A stretch of 64,000 bases of DNA from a virus (lineage: Duplodnaviria > Caudoviricetes). Below the pieces are notes generated by a model that worked only from the letters and a program-made list of their open reading frames with translations, was not told the DNA's origin and made no database searches. The position numbers were made by a program, and so were the translations under genes. The stretch lies in IMG/VR virus record IMGVR_UViG_3300037418_002332; one strand, written 5' to 3'. Below are positions 1 through 9,678 of the stretch, piece after piece; the stretch's first letter is position 1, and every line of letters begins with the position of its first letter.

Positions 1-560
1 AATGATACTGTATCATCAACTTCAACACTTGCTACTCATGCTGCTGCTTCAATAACAGAAGCAGATGACACTTCATCTTCTGCATCAACTATTACATTAA
101 AAGCGAATGCGTCAATTACGGAAGCAAATGATACTGTTTCGTCAACTTCTGCAATTGCTATCAAAGCAGCTTCAACAGTAACTGAAGCAAATGATACTGT
201 ATCTGCTATAGTACAGTTGACACCTATTGCTGGTGTTGCTTCAATAACAGAAGCTGATGACTCTGTTAGTTCAACTTCAACGAATTTGACTCATGGTAAT
301 GCTTCTATAACGGAAGCAGGTGATACGTCAACTTCAGCATCAACTCTCTCTTTGAAATCTGTTGCTACAATAACAGAAGCAGATGATACTGTTTCGTCAA
401 CTTCTGCAATTGCTATCAAAGCAGTTTCAACAGTAACTGAAGCAAATGACACTATCGTTTCCGCCTCTGCAATTGCTATCAAAGCCAATGCTTCCGTAAC
501 AGAAGCTAACGATACTATTTCGTCTACCAGCACACTTGTAATCAAAGCAACATCAGCGTC
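1..560 (+). repeat. Coding tandem repeat block, 63-nt/21-aa period (about 9 units)
   Basis: Recurring ACNGAAGCAAATGATACT-type units encoding TEA(N/D)DT. Confidence 0.85.
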
Positions 561-3500
561 AGTTATCTCTCAAACTGATGACTCTCAGAGTGTTGGTATA
601 GGTCGAGATACTTCAACTCAATCTATAAATCAAACAATAATTCCGCCAGCGAACATCAATCTTAACTCGATTACGCTTGAAATTTCTAAAATTGTTGCAC
701 CAACAGATGATTGGTTTGTTGAGGTTCGTAGTGGCGACGGTGCCACATTAATCGCAACATCAAATGCGTTTAATGCATCTAGTATAGTTTCAGGTTTCAA
801 CACATTTACATTTGCTTCACCAGTAGCGCTGACCGGTGGAACCACTTATATGCTTAGATTGAGAAGAACTACACTTAACTTCTCAAATTACTTGATTGTG
901 TGGTATTCATACCCGTCACTATATCCATATGGTGAAGCATACATCTATGATGGTTCAAATTATAATTTGCTAGATGGCGACTTGTATTTCAAGTTGAACA
1001 CAGTTGGTGTAATCATTGAATCGAATGATACTGTTTCGTCAACAACAACCATTGCGATCAAAGGTTCGGCCTCGAACACAGAAGCAGGAGACACGGTATC
1101 ATCAACCGCAAAACTGCTAATCTATGCCAATCTCAGCAAAGGTTACTATCAAACCAATTCTGGCGATTTAAATTTTAACTGGTCTGGTGGTTCGGCGGTA
1201 TCTGGTGACAAATCTATCATGCTTGCTGCGGCGTGGGAAGATACTGTTGGCTATCCATGGATTTCGACAGATCGTGGTAATTCGTGGACAGAATTGAATA
1301 GCAATGGTCTGCCTTCTGCTAATTATCAGCAGGGTAGTGTGGCGTCATCTTATGACGGCAACCTGCTTGTCGCAGTTGCCAATAACAGCGACGTTTATAT
1401 TTCCACTAATCGTGGCGTAACATGGACATTATCTGTTTCGTATACTTCTGTAACTGGTCTAGAGATATCCGCTGATGGCAGTACGATTTATGTCTCGCCT
1501 AATAGTGGTGTGTATGTCTCAACTAATAGTGGAGCAACATGGAACGCTGGAACAGGAATTTCCGGTGCCTTCCGTGGTGTTTCCTGCTCTAGCAATGGTG
1601 TAATCGCTTACGTTTATTCCGGCACTCAACTGTGGAAAACTATAGATTCGGGTGCGACATGGACACAAAATACTACGATTGACGCACTTGTTGATGCAAA
1701 CTCTCTTGTCTGCTCTGATGATGGCTTGTTTGTTGGGGTAATCGATGAACCTTCATGGCCAAATGCAAACTACAATCGTTCATTTGATGGTGGTGTAACG
1801 TGGACTACATCCTCTCCATTTTCTCATGGATTTAAGATTGGTGCGTCACAAGACGGCTCAATTCAGTATGCTCTTGGTGCTATTGGCGCTGATCCTGCTA
1901 CACTAATAACATCAATCGATTATGGTGTAACGTGGACTGGCGTTGGCACTCCTATTGGCAACATCACCAATTATCAAATGTCAGTTTCGGCCGATGGCCG
2001 TTTTATGTTCTTTTTGAATGATGATGATTGGACATTCTATGCTTATGATCTTGTCAGTCCAATTACAGAAGCCGACGATACCGTATCATCAACATCTGTA
2101 CTTGCAATCAAGGCAACAACAGATAGTGTAACTGGTGCTGTCAATGTATTGCTTGCTAATGATAACGGCTTTAGTTGGGTATATCCATTAGTTTCTGGTG
2201 ATGGATCAGTATTCATGGTGATGGCAAGTTCTGCACCATGGGCATCTTATGATCGAGGTGCAACTTGGGCTGCACTGACTGGCGCACCAAATCTACAATG
2301 GAATGTTGGTGGATCGTCATATGACGGTAATGTGATTATCGGTGGTGCATGGGCATCAACAACTCACCTGTACAAATCTACCGATAAAGGCGCTACGTGG
2401 ACAGGCATCCCAGCTACGCTGACCAATGCATCGCATGGTGGTACATGGTCTGCAATCGGAGTTTCAGGTGATGGCAATGTGATTGTTGCTGGTGAAGCTG
2501 GCACAACCAACATCATCTTGTCCAATAATGGCGGCACGTCTTGGACACAAAAGACTGGATTTGGCGGCGATTCTACTTGGAAGGGTAACGATTTTGCGCT
2601 GTCAAACGATGGTTCTATCATTTATGCAACTTTCCTAAAAGGTGATATCACCACTGGAAAGTTATATAAGTCTACAGACTCAGGAGCAACGTGGAGCGAA
2701 CTGACTTCTGCTGGAACACATGCGTGGGCGGAAGTTGCGTGTTCATCAAATGGATCTTACGTAACAGTTACAGCTTATGGTAGCCTAGCATACCGTTCAT
2801 CTGACGGCGGTTCTACTTGGACGCAAATTACTGATGCAGCAACAAATGTGTATGGTGTTGCTGTATCGTCAGATGGTTCAATTCAGTACATTTCTGCAAA
2901 TGACAGCGTAATTCGTTCTACAAATTTCGGTGCAACTTGGACACAGGAAACTGGTACTGATACACCATACAATGACTACATCGCTGCGACTGCAGATGGT
3001 AGTGCATCTTTGTGGATCAACTACGACACCTATTATCTTGAAGGTTTCCAACAAATATCCACTCATCTTGTCGAACAGGATGACACAATCAGCTCAACTG
3101 CTGTGTTGATCAATGGTGTTACAGCAAATGCTTCTATTACAGAAGCTAATGATACTATATCATCTGTTGCCCATAATCCAATTGTTGGTCTTGTTTCTAA
3201 TAGTGAAGCAAGTGACTCAGTTAGTTCAACTGCAACAATTCAAATCAAAGCTGTTGTAACTATCACAGAAGCAAATGACACTGCTGGTTCAGCATCTGTT
3301 CTACCAATCAAGGGCGCAGAATCAAACGCGGAAGCTGATGATACAATTTCATCAACTGCAATTCTGTTGCTTAAAGCTGCATCTACAGTAACTGAAGCGA
3401 ACGATACTTCTACATCAACCGCAGTCATCACCATAAAAGCAAATGCTTCAAATACAGAAGCAAATGATAGCATTTCTTCAACTTCTGTTCTTCCGAACAA

Positions 3501-4710
3501 GGCTGCGAGTGCTGTAACGGAAACTGATGATAGCATTTCTTCAACTTCTGTGTTGCCGATCAAAGCGGTTGCGATCGTTACAGAAGCTGATGATATAGAA
3601 TCATCAGTTGCTCATAATCCAATTGTTGGTACAGCTTCTGATACGGAAGCAGATGATGCTATATCATTTACTGGTGTTCTTCCGATTAAAGCTACTTCAG
3701 GAGTCACTGAGGCAAATGATACTGTAAGTTCAACAAGTACAATTTTGATTAAAGCAGCTGCTTCTATCACTGAAGCGAACGATAGTATTGCATCAACTGC
3801 AATCCTGCCAATTCTAGCTGTTTCAAACAATACTGAAGCAAACGATAGCATTTCTTCAACAAGTTCTGCTCCTGTATTAGCTGTATTGAATTCTGTTGAA
3901 GCGAACGATAGCGTCAACTTCGCTTCAGTGATTACTTTGAAGGCAAATGCTTCAATTACTGAAGAAGATGATAGTCTAAGTGCTTCCGCAGTTAAATTCA
4001 ATCCTGGTGAAGCAGTTGCAAATATAACTGAAGATGATGATACAGTCAATTCAACTTCATTTATTACTTTGAAAGGCGCATTGGCTGTCACTGAATTAAG
4101 TGATACGTCAAGTTCAACTGCAACTTTGAAGATTGTTGCTGCTTCCGCAAATTCAGAAGCAAGTGACACCATTTCATCCACTTCTGCTTTGTTGGTTAAA
4201 GCAAATGCATCAAATGCGGAAGCAAATGATTCAGTAGCATCTACCTCAATTGTTCAAATTAGAGCAGCGGCAAGTATTACTGAAGCAAGTGATATTGTTT
4301 CAAGTGATACTCAATCAAGTATATTTGCCACAGTCAACGTTATTGAAGATGACGATATTGCTTCAATTTCTTCAAGATTGTCAATCAATTCATCAGCTGA
4401 TCTATTTGAAGATGACGATATCGTAAGTTCTACTGCAAATGTTGATGTTGTAGCTGGTGAAACTACTGTTGAAGATGACGACATCATCTTGGCAATAGGT
4501 GAATTGGTCATTCAGGCTGTTTCCGAAAATGTTGATGATGACGATACAATCGCTTCAATTGGAAAACTTTTGATTCTAGCAACTTCTGATATCATTGAAG
4601 AAAATGATCATGTAGATGCGCAAAATCAAAGATTTGGAACTTGGATTACAGCAGAAACATCCAAAAATCCAAAGACTGTTAAAACACTATACTATGCTGA
4701 CATATTGTAA
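1..4710 (+). CDS. Large Ser/Thr/Ala-rich putative virion/surface protein (5' truncated): 21-aa repeats, one beta-sandwich domain and two BNR/Asp-box beta-propeller regions
   Basis: Frame is open from base 1 (NDTVSSTS...), so the start lies outside the window. About 35 repeats of (I/V)TEAxDTxSST; many SxDxGxTW Asp-box motifs; ends just before the prohead genes. Confidence 0.75.
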   Translation, partial: NDTVSSTSTLATHAAASITEADDTSSSASTITLKANASITEANDTVSSTSAIAIKAASTVTEANDTVSAIVQLTPIAGVASITEADDSVSSTSTNLTHGNASITEAGDTSTSASTLSLKSVATITEADDTVSSTSAIAIKAVSTVTEANDTIVSASAIAIKANASVTEANDTISSTSTLVIKATSASVISQTDDSQSVGIGRDTSTQSINQTIIPPANINLNSITLEISKIVAPTDDWFVEVRSGDGATLIATSNAFNASSIVSGFNTFTFASPVALTGGTTYMLRLRRTTLNFSNYLIVWYSYPSLYPYGEAYIYDGSNYNLLDGDLYFKLNTVGVIIESNDTVSSTTTIAIKGSASNTEAGDTVSSTAKLLIYANLSKGYYQTNSGDLNFNWSGGSAVSGDKSIMLAAAWEDTVGYPWISTDRGNSWTELNSNGLPSANYQQGSVASSYDGNLLVAVANNSDVYISTNRGVTWTLSVSYTSVTGLEISADGSTIYVSPNSGVYVSTNSGATWNAGTGISGAFRGVSCSSNGVIAYVYSGTQLWKTIDSGATWTQNTTIDALVDANSLVCSDDGLFVGVIDEPSWPNANYNRSFDGGVTWTTSSPFSHGFKIGASQDGSIQYALGAIGADPATLITSIDYGVTWTGVGTPIGNITNYQMSVSADGRFMFFLNDDDWTFYAYDLVSPITEADDTVSSTSVLAIKATTDSVTGAVNVLLANDNGFSWVYPLVSGDGSVFMVMASSAPWASYDRGATWAALTGAPNLQWNVGGSSYDGNVIIGGAWASTTHLYKSTDKGATWTGIPATLTNASHGGTWSAIGVSGDGNVIVAGEAGTTNIILSNNGGTSWTQKTGFGGDSTWKGNDFALSNDGSIIYATFLKGDITTGKLYKSTDSGATWSELTSAGTHAWAEVACSSNGSYVTVTAYGSLAYRSSDGGSTWTQITDAATNVYGVAVSSDGSIQYISANDSVIRSTNFGATWTQETGTDTPYNDYIAATADGSASLWINYDTYYLEGFQQISTHLVEQDDTISSTAVLINGVTANASITEANDTISSVAHNPIVGLVSNSEASDSVSSTATIQIKAVVTITEANDTAGSASVLPIKGAESNAEADDTISSTAILLLKAASTVTEANDTSTSTAVITIKANASNTEANDSISSTSVLPNKAASAVTETDDSISSTSVLPIKAVAIVTEADDIESSVAHNPIVGTASDTEADDAISFTGVLPIKATSGVTEANDTVSSTSTILIKAAASITEANDSIASTAILPILAVSNNTEANDSISSTSSAPVLAVLNSVEANDSVNFASVITLKANASITEEDDSLSASAVKFNPGEAVANITEDDDTVNSTSFITLKGALAVTELSDTSSSTATLKIVAASANSEASDTISSTSALLVKANASNAEANDSVASTSIVQIRAAASITEASDIVSSDTQSSIFATVNVIEDDDIASISSRLSINSSADLFEDDDIVSSTANVDVVAGETTVEDDDIILAIGELVIQAVSENVDDDDTIASIGKLLILATSDIIEENDHVDAQNQRFGTWITAETSKNPKTVKTLYYADIL
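3067..4620 (+). repeat. Coding tandem repeat block, 63-nt/21-aa period (about 25 units)
   Basis: Units from LVEQDDTISST to IIEENDHVD counted in the translation. Confidence 0.85.
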
Positions 4711-4712
4711 AA

Positions 4713-4720
4713 ACTAAATA
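4713..4720 (+). promoter_or_regulatory. Possible late promoter variant (ACTAAATA)
   Basis: Near-match to the T4 late consensus TATAAATA, upstream of the prohead core gene. Confidence 0.45.
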
Positions 4721-4753
4721 ATTCAAGAATAAGATTTAGGAGTCCAAATCAAC

Positions 4754-5572
4754 ATGAAGAAACTAATCGATTACATTGATAACGAAAAGTTGTCAAAATT
4801 CACTGAAAATGCAAAGTCTATCTTAACTAAAAAGATGGAAGCAGCAGTTGACAACGAACGTTTCGAAGTTGCTGCAAACTTCTTCGGTCCAATTACCGAA
4901 TCAGATGATTATGAAGAAGCTGAACCAAATATGGATGTTGACATCGATCCAGAAGACTGGGATGAAGACGAAATTGCTGAACTTGAAGCAATTGTTTGGG
5001 ACGAAGATGACGACGGCGACATCGATGAAGATGACGTCAGTGATTTGACTTACGAACAAGTTGTATATGCTGTAGAACGTGCAGAACAACTTGATGAAAT
5101 ATCAAAGAAGCTTCTTGGTTCATATGTTGATGCTGCTGCCGATGATTTGAAATTCACTGCTAGACAAGGTGGAAGAGAACATGCAAGAGGTGAAAATACC
5201 AAAAAATCTTATGATGCAGCAAATAAGCGTCTTAAAGGAATTCGTATGGCAACTAAGAAGTTGACCAAAGAACAAGTTGAACATCTCGTTGAACTTTCAA
5301 GAAAAACTCTTGCATCATACACCAGAAAAGCTGCTGATGACATGGCTTCAAAGCATGGTGAAAACCTTTCAAATAGAAAGGATCACGAAGCAAGACAAAA
5401 TAAATTGAACAATGCTGAACATAATGCTGATTGGGAAACTAAGCAACATTTGAGAAAAGCTGCTCAAGCAGACAGAGATGTTGGACATGAAAAAGAAAAC
5501 AAATTGAGAAGAGGCATTTTCAAAAGATCTATTGGCATCAAGAGAGCAACTGATAGATTGGCAAAGGACTAA
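4754..5572 (+). CDS. Prohead core protein, gp67-like N-terminus with acidic tract and basic C-terminal modules
   Basis: N-terminal helix ending in VAANFF followed by a D/E-rich tract as in T4 gp67; lies immediately before gp21. Confidence 0.65.
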   Translation: MKKLIDYIDNEKLSKFTENAKSILTKKMEAAVDNERFEVAANFFGPITESDDYEEAEPNMDVDIDPEDWDEDEIAELEAIVWDEDDDGDIDEDDVSDLTYEQVVYAVERAEQLDEISKKLLGSYVDAAADDLKFTARQGGREHARGENTKKSYDAANKRLKGIRMATKKLTKEQVEHLVELSRKTLASYTRKAADDMASKHGENLSNRKDHEARQNKLNNAEHNADWETKQHLRKAAQADRDVGHEKENKLRRGIFKRSIGIKRATDRLAKD

Positions 5573-5578
5573 TCATCA

Positions 5579-6232
5579 ATGAAACTACTTAGAGAAATCA
5601 ACGAACAAGTTGAATACCTTACAGAAGCTGATGCTAAAACTGGCAATAAGAAGTATATTCTGGAAGGAATTTTCCTTCAAGGTAATCTAAAAAACAAAAA
5701 TGGTAGAATTTATCCTGTTGACGTTCTTGAAAACGAAGTAAATCGATACAATGAACAATATGTCAACAAGAATAGAGCATATGGTGAATTGGATCACCCA
5801 TCTACACCATCTATCAATTTGTCAAATGCAAGTCACGTCATTACTGAACTTACAAAAGTTGGTGACAACTTCATTGGTAAAGCACGTGTTCTTACTGAAA
5901 CTACAAAAGGCAAAACTGTAAAAGCCATCATGGATGAAGGTTTGTCTCTTGGTGTTTCATCAAGAGGTATGGGTGCCTTGAAAGAAGACAAGTCAGGTTC
6001 AAAAGTTGTTGAACAATACTTCTTGACAACTGCTGCTGACATTGTTGCTGATCCTTCTGCTCCTGATGCATTTCCAGAAAATGTATTTGAAAATGTTGAA
6101 TGGATTTTGACTAATGAAGGTTGGATTAAGCAAGAAGCTGGATTCAAACTTGTTCAAGAAATGAAACAAAAGTCTAAAGTTGAACGTGAAGAACAGTTCT
6201 TCAGAGCGTTTAAAGCACTTTTGAACAGCTAA
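5579..6232 (+). CDS. gp21: Prohead protease
   Basis: EGIFLQ, NKNGRIYP, GELDHP, GVSSRGMG and DIVADPSAPDAF motifs. Confidence 0.97.
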   Translation: MKLLREINEQVEYLTEADAKTGNKKYILEGIFLQGNLKNKNGRIYPVDVLENEVNRYNEQYVNKNRAYGELDHPSTPSINLSNASHVITELTKVGDNFIGKARVLTETTKGKTVKAIMDEGLSLGVSSRGMGALKEDKSGSKVVEQYFLTTAADIVADPSAPDAFPENVFENVEWILTNEGWIKQEAGFKLVQEMKQKSKVEREEQFFRAFKALLNS

Positions 6233-6244
6233 GAACTACACTCT

Positions 6245-6252
6245 TATAAATA
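6245..6252 (+). promoter_or_regulatory. T4-type late promoter TATAAATA
   Basis: Exact consensus upstream of gp22. Confidence 0.85.
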
Positions 6253-6283
6253 AACCATAAGAAATACTTCTAAGGAGATTAAA

Positions 6284-7492
6284 ATGGCTAAAAAGCTTGA
6301 AGAACTTTTGAAAGAACAAGAAGATGAACTTCTTCAAGGTTCAGATGAAGCAACAGACGAATTGAACGAAGAAGCTGTTGATGACGAAGCATCTGATGAA
6401 GTTGATGCTCCAGAAGCTGAACTTGAAGACGAAGAAGACGCTGAAGAAGTCGAAGAAGCTGCATATCCTTCAATCGATTTCCAAAAGGAAAAAGTTAAGG
6501 GCGGAAAAGGCGGCAAGGCTGTTTATCCAACCGTTGACTTCAAGAAATCTGTAGCAAAAGGTGGTGCTCAACAACCTGGTAAAATGGCGAAAGTCGATTT
6601 CAAGGGTGATAGAGACGGCAACACCAATAAAAAGACTCCAGTTGATCCAGAATCATATCCAAAAGTTAGACCAAACTTCGAACCTGAAGTTGTTGCTAAC
6701 ATGACCAGAGAAGATATCTCTGACGAAACAAGAGCGCATCTTGCTAGCTTGTTCGCAGGTGAAGAACTTTCTGAAGAATTCATTGCGAAAGTACAAGAAA
6801 TTTTTGAAGCAGCTGTTATCGTAACTGCTCAAGAAGCTCTTAACGCAAAAGTAAAAGAAATTGTTGAAAAGTATGAAGCTTCATTCGAAACAGTTCTTGA
6901 AACTGCAGAAGCTGAAGTTGAAACTTACAAGCAAGAATTGAATGAAAAGTCAGACGCATACTTTGATTACGTTGTTGAACAATGGGTTGAAGAAAACAAA
7001 CCAGCTGTTCATGCAAATATCAAGTCTGATTTGACTGAATCATTCATCAAAGGTCTACAAAATCTATTCGTCGAACATTACATTGATATCCCTGACGACA
7101 AAGTAGAAGTTGTGGAAGAAATGGTTGAAGAACTTGAAGCACTTCGTGATCGTAACGAAGAAATTCTTCATGAAAATCTTCAATTGAAGACTGAAGCCAA
7201 GAACGTCGTTAAGTCATTCTTGATCAGAGAGCATACAAAGGACCTTTCAGAAAACGAAAGAGAAAAGTTCCAAGCTTTGGCTGAACATATTTCTTTCGAT
7301 GATGAAAAATCTTTCCAAGGCAAATTGAGTGAAATCAGTGACACATATTTCAATGAATCAGTTGTTGTTGAGTCATCCCTTGAAGATGATACACCATTGG
7401 AAACTATCGAAGAAGAAGTGAAACCAGTTGGTAAAGAACTAACTGAAGTTGAAAGTATGGCTGCAATGATGACTAAGTTCCTCAAAAAATAA
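6284..7492 (+). CDS. gp22: Prohead scaffolding core protein
   Basis: Acidic coiled-coil with YFDYVVEQWVEEN and LFVEHYIDIP motifs; between gp21 and gp23. Confidence 0.92.
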   Translation: MAKKLEELLKEQEDELLQGSDEATDELNEEAVDDEASDEVDAPEAELEDEEDAEEVEEAAYPSIDFQKEKVKGGKGGKAVYPTVDFKKSVAKGGAQQPGKMAKVDFKGDRDGNTNKKTPVDPESYPKVRPNFEPEVVANMTREDISDETRAHLASLFAGEELSEEFIAKVQEIFEAAVIVTAQEALNAKVKEIVEKYEASFETVLETAEAEVETYKQELNEKSDAYFDYVVEQWVEENKPAVHANIKSDLTESFIKGLQNLFVEHYIDIPDDKVEVVEEMVEELEALRDRNEEILHENLQLKTEAKNVVKSFLIREHTKDLSENEREKFQALAEHISFDDEKSFQGKLSEISDTYFNESVVVESSLEDDTPLETIEEEVKPVGKELTEVESMAAMMTKFLKK

Positions 7493-7497
7493 AAAAA

Positions 7498-7505
7498 TAT
7501 AAATA
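7498..7505 (+). promoter_or_regulatory. T4-type late promoter TATAAATA
   Basis: Exact consensus upstream of gp23. Confidence 0.85.
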
Positions 7506-7535
7506 ATCGGAATAAATTTAAAGGAGTTAAATTCT

Positions 7536-8891
7536 ATGAATAATGAACTTGAAAAGCTTTTGGAAAAGTGGAACCCAGTTCTCGACCTTGATGGTCTTCC
7601 AAAAATTGCTGATTACCATAAAAGAGCAACTACAGCAGTTCTGCTTGAAAACCAAGCAGTTGCTAACAAAGAAACAGTTCGTAGAGAACCATCCCTTTCT
7701 TTGACTTACTTGATGGAAGCTGCTCCAACAAACAGCATGGGTACTTCAGAAGCAGGTACTGGTAACATCGATTACCAAGACCCAATCTTGATCTCCCTTG
7801 TTCGTCGTTCAATGCCTAACTTGATGGCATATGACGTTTGCGGCGTTCAACCAATGACTGGCCCAACCGGCTTGATCTTTGCTCTTAGATCACGTTACTC
7901 AGCTCAAGATGGTATCGAAGCTTTGTTCAACGAAGCTAACACCACTTTCGCTGCATCTGCTGCAGGTAACACTGCTTCAGTAACTGCTGCTGGTTTGCAC
8001 ACCGGTGCTGATCCTTCCCTTCTTATCTCATCAGGTAATACTGCTTACTTGACTGGTAGAGGTATGTCAACTGCTGCTCTTGAAGCACTTGGCGATAAGT
8101 CAACCAACGCTTTCCAAGAAATGTCAATGAGTCTTGAAAAGATCGCCGTTACTGCGGAAGCAAGAGGCGTCAAGGCTGAATATACCCATGAACTTTCACA
8201 AGACTTGAAGGCAACTCACGGTCTTGATGCTGAAAGCGAATTGGCTAACATCCTTTCAAAGGAAATCTTGGCTGAAATCAACCGTCAAGTTATTCGTTCT
8301 ATCTATACAACTGCTACCATTGGTGCACAACAAGGCGGTCTTGCGCAAGCTGGTTACTTCGACCTTGATGTTGACTCAAACGGTCGTTGGATGGAAGAAA
8401 AGTTCAAAGGCTTGATGTATCAAATCGAAAGAGAATGTAACGCTATTGCGCAAGCAACTCGTCAAGGTCGTGGTAACTTCATTATCACTTCTTCAGACGT
8501 TGCATCCGCTCTTTCAATGATCGGTATCTTGAAGTCAACTGATGGTCCTGACCTTCAAGTTGATGACACTGGTAACGTTTTTGCAGGTACCATCCTTGGT
8601 AAGATTAAGGTCTTCATCGACCCTTACTTCACCTCAAACGCTGGTAACAACTTCATCGCCGTCGGTTACAAGGGTTCATCACCTTTCGACGCTGGTATGT
8701 TCTACTGCCCATACGTTCCTTTGACCATGTACAGAACTCAAGGTCAAGATAACTTCCAACCAAAGATTGGTTTCAAAACCAGATACGCTCTCGCAGCGCA
8801 TCCTTTTGCTACCACCGCTGCGGATGGTAAAGTTCATGTTAACAAGAAGAACAAGTACTACAGATTGTTCGCTGTTAAGAACCTTACATAA
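7536..8891 (+). CDS. gp23: Major capsid protein
   Basis: LVRRSMPNLMAYDVCGVQPMTGPTGLIFALR, LAEINRQVIR, FYCPYVPL and KIGFKTRY motifs. Confidence 0.99.
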   Translation: MNNELEKLLEKWNPVLDLDGLPKIADYHKRATTAVLLENQAVANKETVRREPSLSLTYLMEAAPTNSMGTSEAGTGNIDYQDPILISLVRRSMPNLMAYDVCGVQPMTGPTGLIFALRSRYSAQDGIEALFNEANTTFAASAAGNTASVTAAGLHTGADPSLLISSGNTAYLTGRGMSTAALEALGDKSTNAFQEMSMSLEKIAVTAEARGVKAEYTHELSQDLKATHGLDAESELANILSKEILAEINRQVIRSIYTTATIGAQQGGLAQAGYFDLDVDSNGRWMEEKFKGLMYQIERECNAIAQATRQGRGNFIITSSDVASALSMIGILKSTDGPDLQVDDTGNVFAGTILGKIKVFIDPYFTSNAGNNFIAVGYKGSSPFDAGMFYCPYVPLTMYRTQGQDNFQPKIGFKTRYALAAHPFATTAADGKVHVNKKNKYYRLFAVKNLT

Positions 8892-8915
8892 TAAAAAACT
8901 TGAATACCTCACTAG

Positions 8916-8942
8916 AGGGGAGCTTCGGCTCCCCTTTTTTTT
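8916..8942 (+). terminator. Rho-independent terminator
   Basis: AGGGGAGC-TTCG-GCTCCCCT followed by a T run. Confidence 0.93.
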
Positions 8943-8946
8943 GTGC

Positions 8947-8954
8947 AATAAATA
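8947..8954 (+). promoter_or_regulatory. Late promoter variant AATAAATA
   Basis: One mismatch from consensus, upstream of gp3. Confidence 0.6.
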
Positions 8955-8978
8955 TGCCTGAAACCAAGAGGAAAGTAA

Positions 8979-9515
8979 ATGCCTGAAACTCAACAAGTTA
9001 GCTTAAACAATGAACTTCACGCGGATAAATTCAAACTCACATTCCGTGAAATTCTCAATACTGAAATTCTATGTCAAGGTGTTTCAATTCCTGGTGTCAC
9101 TGGTGTTGGCCTTGAAATACCAAATTCAATTAATAAGCTTTTCGTGCAGGGTACAAAGTTGGACTATGAATTGTTTACTATACAATTCAAGGTTGATGAA
9201 AATTTGACTACTTGGAAGGAAATTTATCATTGGCTTTTGGCAATCTATGCTCCACAATCAAGAGAGCAATTTGTAAAGTTCCAAAAAGATTTGAAAATGC
9301 CAGTGGTGGGTAATGGTAACAAATTCGGATATGACTGCACTCTTCATAGTTTGAAGAACTCATTCAACCCAAATATGGAAATTCATTTTGTCAATTGCTT
9401 TCCTGTTTCTTTAAGTGCAATTGACTTCACACTTGAGTCTTCTGAAATTATCAAAGCCCAAGCAAGTTTCAGATATGATTACTTCTATTTCTCTGACATG
9501 CGAGTTCCCACTTAA
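8979..9515 (+). CDS. gp3: Tail completion/tube terminator protein
   Basis: CQGVSIPG, F(K)VDENLTTWKEIYHW motifs; follows gp23 as in marine T4-like phages. Confidence 0.88.
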   Translation: MPETQQVSLNNELHADKFKLTFREILNTEILCQGVSIPGVTGVGLEIPNSINKLFVQGTKLDYELFTIQFKVDENLTTWKEIYHWLLAIYAPQSREQFVKFQKDLKMPVVGNGNKFGYDCTLHSLKNSFNPNMEIHFVNCFPVSLSAIDFTLESSEIIKAQASFRYDYFYFSDMRVPT

Positions 9516-9534
9516 GAGCTCATACGAACGGAGG

Positions 9535-9641
9535 GTTAACAAGTCAGTTAACTCAATCACCGATATCAACAGGCTTTTAACATACTTCTTGCTTAACATT
9601 TTTCGGCATTTCATGCCTCAAAAGTTAACGCGAGCGCGAGG
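9535..9641. repeat. Dispersed non-coding element, copy 1
   Basis: 18-nt box GTTAACAAGTCAGTTAAC plus a 44-nt box ending CGCGAGCGCGAGG, both shared with 42965-43053. Confidence 0.85.
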
Positions 9642-9670
9642 CTTGTAGATGTAGCGGATTTTTGACCCTG

Positions 9671-9678
9671 AATAAATA
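9671..9678 (+). promoter_or_regulatory. Possible late promoter AATAAATA
   Basis: One mismatch from consensus, upstream of uvsY/uvsW. Confidence 0.4.

Noticed and set aside
291-4511. Several minus-strand ORFs over the giant repeat gene
   Set aside because: Produced by the repetitive codon pattern of the sense gene.
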